Shown here piece by piece: positions 62,852 through 64,000 of a DNA stretch of 64,000 nucleotides; the first letter of the stretch is position 1; each line of letters starts with the position of its first letter. Position numbers and translations under genes: made by a program. The notes below the pieces were generated by a model that made no database searches, was not told the DNA's origin, and worked only from the letters and a program-made list of their open reading frames with translations. This DNA is from Acidimicrobiales bacterium (GTDB lineage Bacteria; Actinomycetota; Acidimicrobiia; Acidimicrobiales; CATQHL01): contig CBDCPC010000001.1 in NCBI GenBank assembly GCA_965220035.1, positions 1,539,719 to 1,603,718 of the forward strand, read 5' to 3'.

Positions 62852-64000
62852 CTACGGGCCCAGGTTGTGGATGGGTTGGCCTTCGGGGTCGTAGTACAGG
62901 TCGACGTTGCCGCGGTTGATCCAGACGTGGTCGATGTGGATCTCTTGTGGCACGGCGCGCCCGTCGAGGATGTCGATGAGCGCAGCCACGGCGTACACGC
63001 CGTACAGCTCGGGGAAGTACGCCACTGAGCCCAGGTAGCGGGTCTCGGAGGCGGGGCCCTCGTTGAGCCGCTCGACACCGTTGGGTTCGGCGCCGTGACC
63101 GGCGGCCACGCCGCTGCGCCCGGCCTGCTCCATGGCCCGGCTCATGGGCACCGCCACCACGTCGTCGAGGCTGGTGGCCAGCACGTGCTCGGCGCCGGGG
63201 TTGCCGGTCAGCCAGTCGGTGGTGGACACGAAGCCGTTCTCGGGGCTGCCGTCCACGTCGATCTTGCTGACGGGCACGTCGCCGCCGCACACCGCCTGCA
63301 CGCCGTCGGCGAAGCCGCTGGTGCGCAGATCCGGCGCCTCGCCGGCGGTCAGGTTCTGCGCCAAGAGCACATGAATGCCCTGACAGTTCCACGTCTCCCG
63401 CGCATACCGGCCGGTGTTCACGCCCGCCAGCGCGCCTGATACGTAGTTGTTGGCGCCGAAGAAGATGGCGTTGGGGTGCCACACGTCGATGGTGATGACC
63501 GGGATGCCGGCGTCGTCGAAGACCTCCATCGAGGACTCGGCGGCTTCGCTACGCCAGTTCCCGAAGATCACCGCGTCCGGGTCGCTCTCGGCAACCGTCT
63601 CGGCGCACGCCAGCGCCTTCTCGGGGTCGAACTCGCTGTCACAGATGGCGCCAACGTGCACACCCGAGGCGGCCGCGGTGCTCTTGATCGAGTTCTCGAT
63701 GTACTGGGAAAACTCCAACGCCGCCCAACCGGACACCCACGCGATCTCATAATCCTGCGTCGCGGTCCGGATCGACGGATCAAACGGCTCCGCCGGGCTG
63801 TCGCCGGCCTCGAAGTTGGCCGTATCGAAGTTGTAGGTCCAGGGGAACACCCCTTCAGGCGGCAACCCGCCCAAGATCCCGCCCGCAGGACCCGGCATCG
63901 CATACCCCGTCTCATCCACCATCAACGTAAACGGACCACCCGGCGCATCCGACGGACCAATCGCCTCCACCGCCGCTCGTGCTGCGTCGGCTTCTGCCTG
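62852..64000 (-). CDS. Sugar-type (PBP1) ABC substrate-binding protein; the 5' end lies beyond the right edge
   Basis: The frame is open to the window end (..QAEADAARAAVEAIGPSD..). It has a periplasmic-binding-protein pattern (..YEIAWVSGWAA...DPDAVIFGNW....GIPVITIDV..). Confidence 0.8.
   Translation of the reverse strand, partial: QAEADAARAAVEAIGPSDAPGGPFTLMVDETGYAMPGPAGGILGGLPPEGVFPWTYNFDTANFEAGDSPAEPFDPSIRTATQDYEIAWVSGWAALEFSQYIENSIKSTAAASGVHVGAICDSEFDPEKALACAETVAESDPDAVIFGNWRSEAAESSMEVFDDAGIPVITIDVWHPNAIFFGANNYVSGALAGVNTGRYARETWNCQGIHVLLAQNLTAGEAPDLRTSGFADGVQAVCGGDVPVSKIDVDGSPENGFVSTTDWLTGNPGAEHVLATSLDDVVAVPMSRAMEQAGRSGVAAGHGAEPNGVERLNEGPASETRYLGSVAYFPELYGVYAVAALIDILDGRAVPQEIHIDHVWINRGNVDLYYDPEGQPIHNLGP

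Overview
This is a high-GC (judged by eye, not computed), very gene-dense bacterial chromosomal segment. The gene repertoire looks Actinomycetota-like: lipobox lipoproteins, a DUF222-HNH protein and a DUF3105 protein. I can support about 58 protein-coding genes or pseudogenes, and I saw no rRNA, tRNA or CRISPR array.

Layout:
1. 0-2.1 kb: a VapBC-type toxin-antitoxin (TA) pair, a decayed PIN remnant and a DUF4143 AAA ATPase.
2. 2.5-20.1 kb: one long minus-strand gene string. It carries BMP-type (nucleoside-like) ABC transporter genes, an isochorismatase-family hydrolase, a triple-RidA fusion, an orphan molybdenum-hydroxylase large subunit, a Liv-type ABC transporter, a Rieske oxygenase and a secreted repeat/FN3 protein.
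3. 20.3-30.0 kb: a divergent XRE-cupin regulator, then a plus-strand string of an SDR, two cupins, a C-N hydrolase and CoxM-CoxL-CoxS-CoxL-like molybdenum hydroxylase genes.
4. 30-43.3 kb: a MaoC dehydratase, a CopA-type ATPase, PlsC, an SDR, a DUF3105 plus cupredoxin-like pair, FadE, Tpx, a CoA-transferase, a frameshifted MFS gene and an SLT lipoprotein.
5. 43.5-51.3 kb: an accessory island that truncates a tpx paralog. It contains vapBC, a DUF222-HNH gene, and a 1107-aa nuclease-methyltransferase-TRD (target-recognition domain) fusion that is translationally coupled to a frameshifted DUF4143 ATPase. An array of six phased 23-bp repeats follows it.
6. 51.3-64 kb: two P450s, a CBS protein, a carotenoid-type oxygenase, TauE, a GFO oxidoreductase, hicAB, an SDR, a VOC protein, and a RhaM-linked sugar ABC transporter that runs off the right edge.

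A 27-nt REP-like hairpin element occurs at least 7 times in intergenic DNA.

Most long ORFs in the supplied track are antisense or out-of-frame shadow ORFs, as expected in high-GC DNA, and I did not call them. Start codons were chosen by eye from Shine-Dalgarno (SD) context and are less certain than stops. All family assignments come from motif recognition only; no searches were run.
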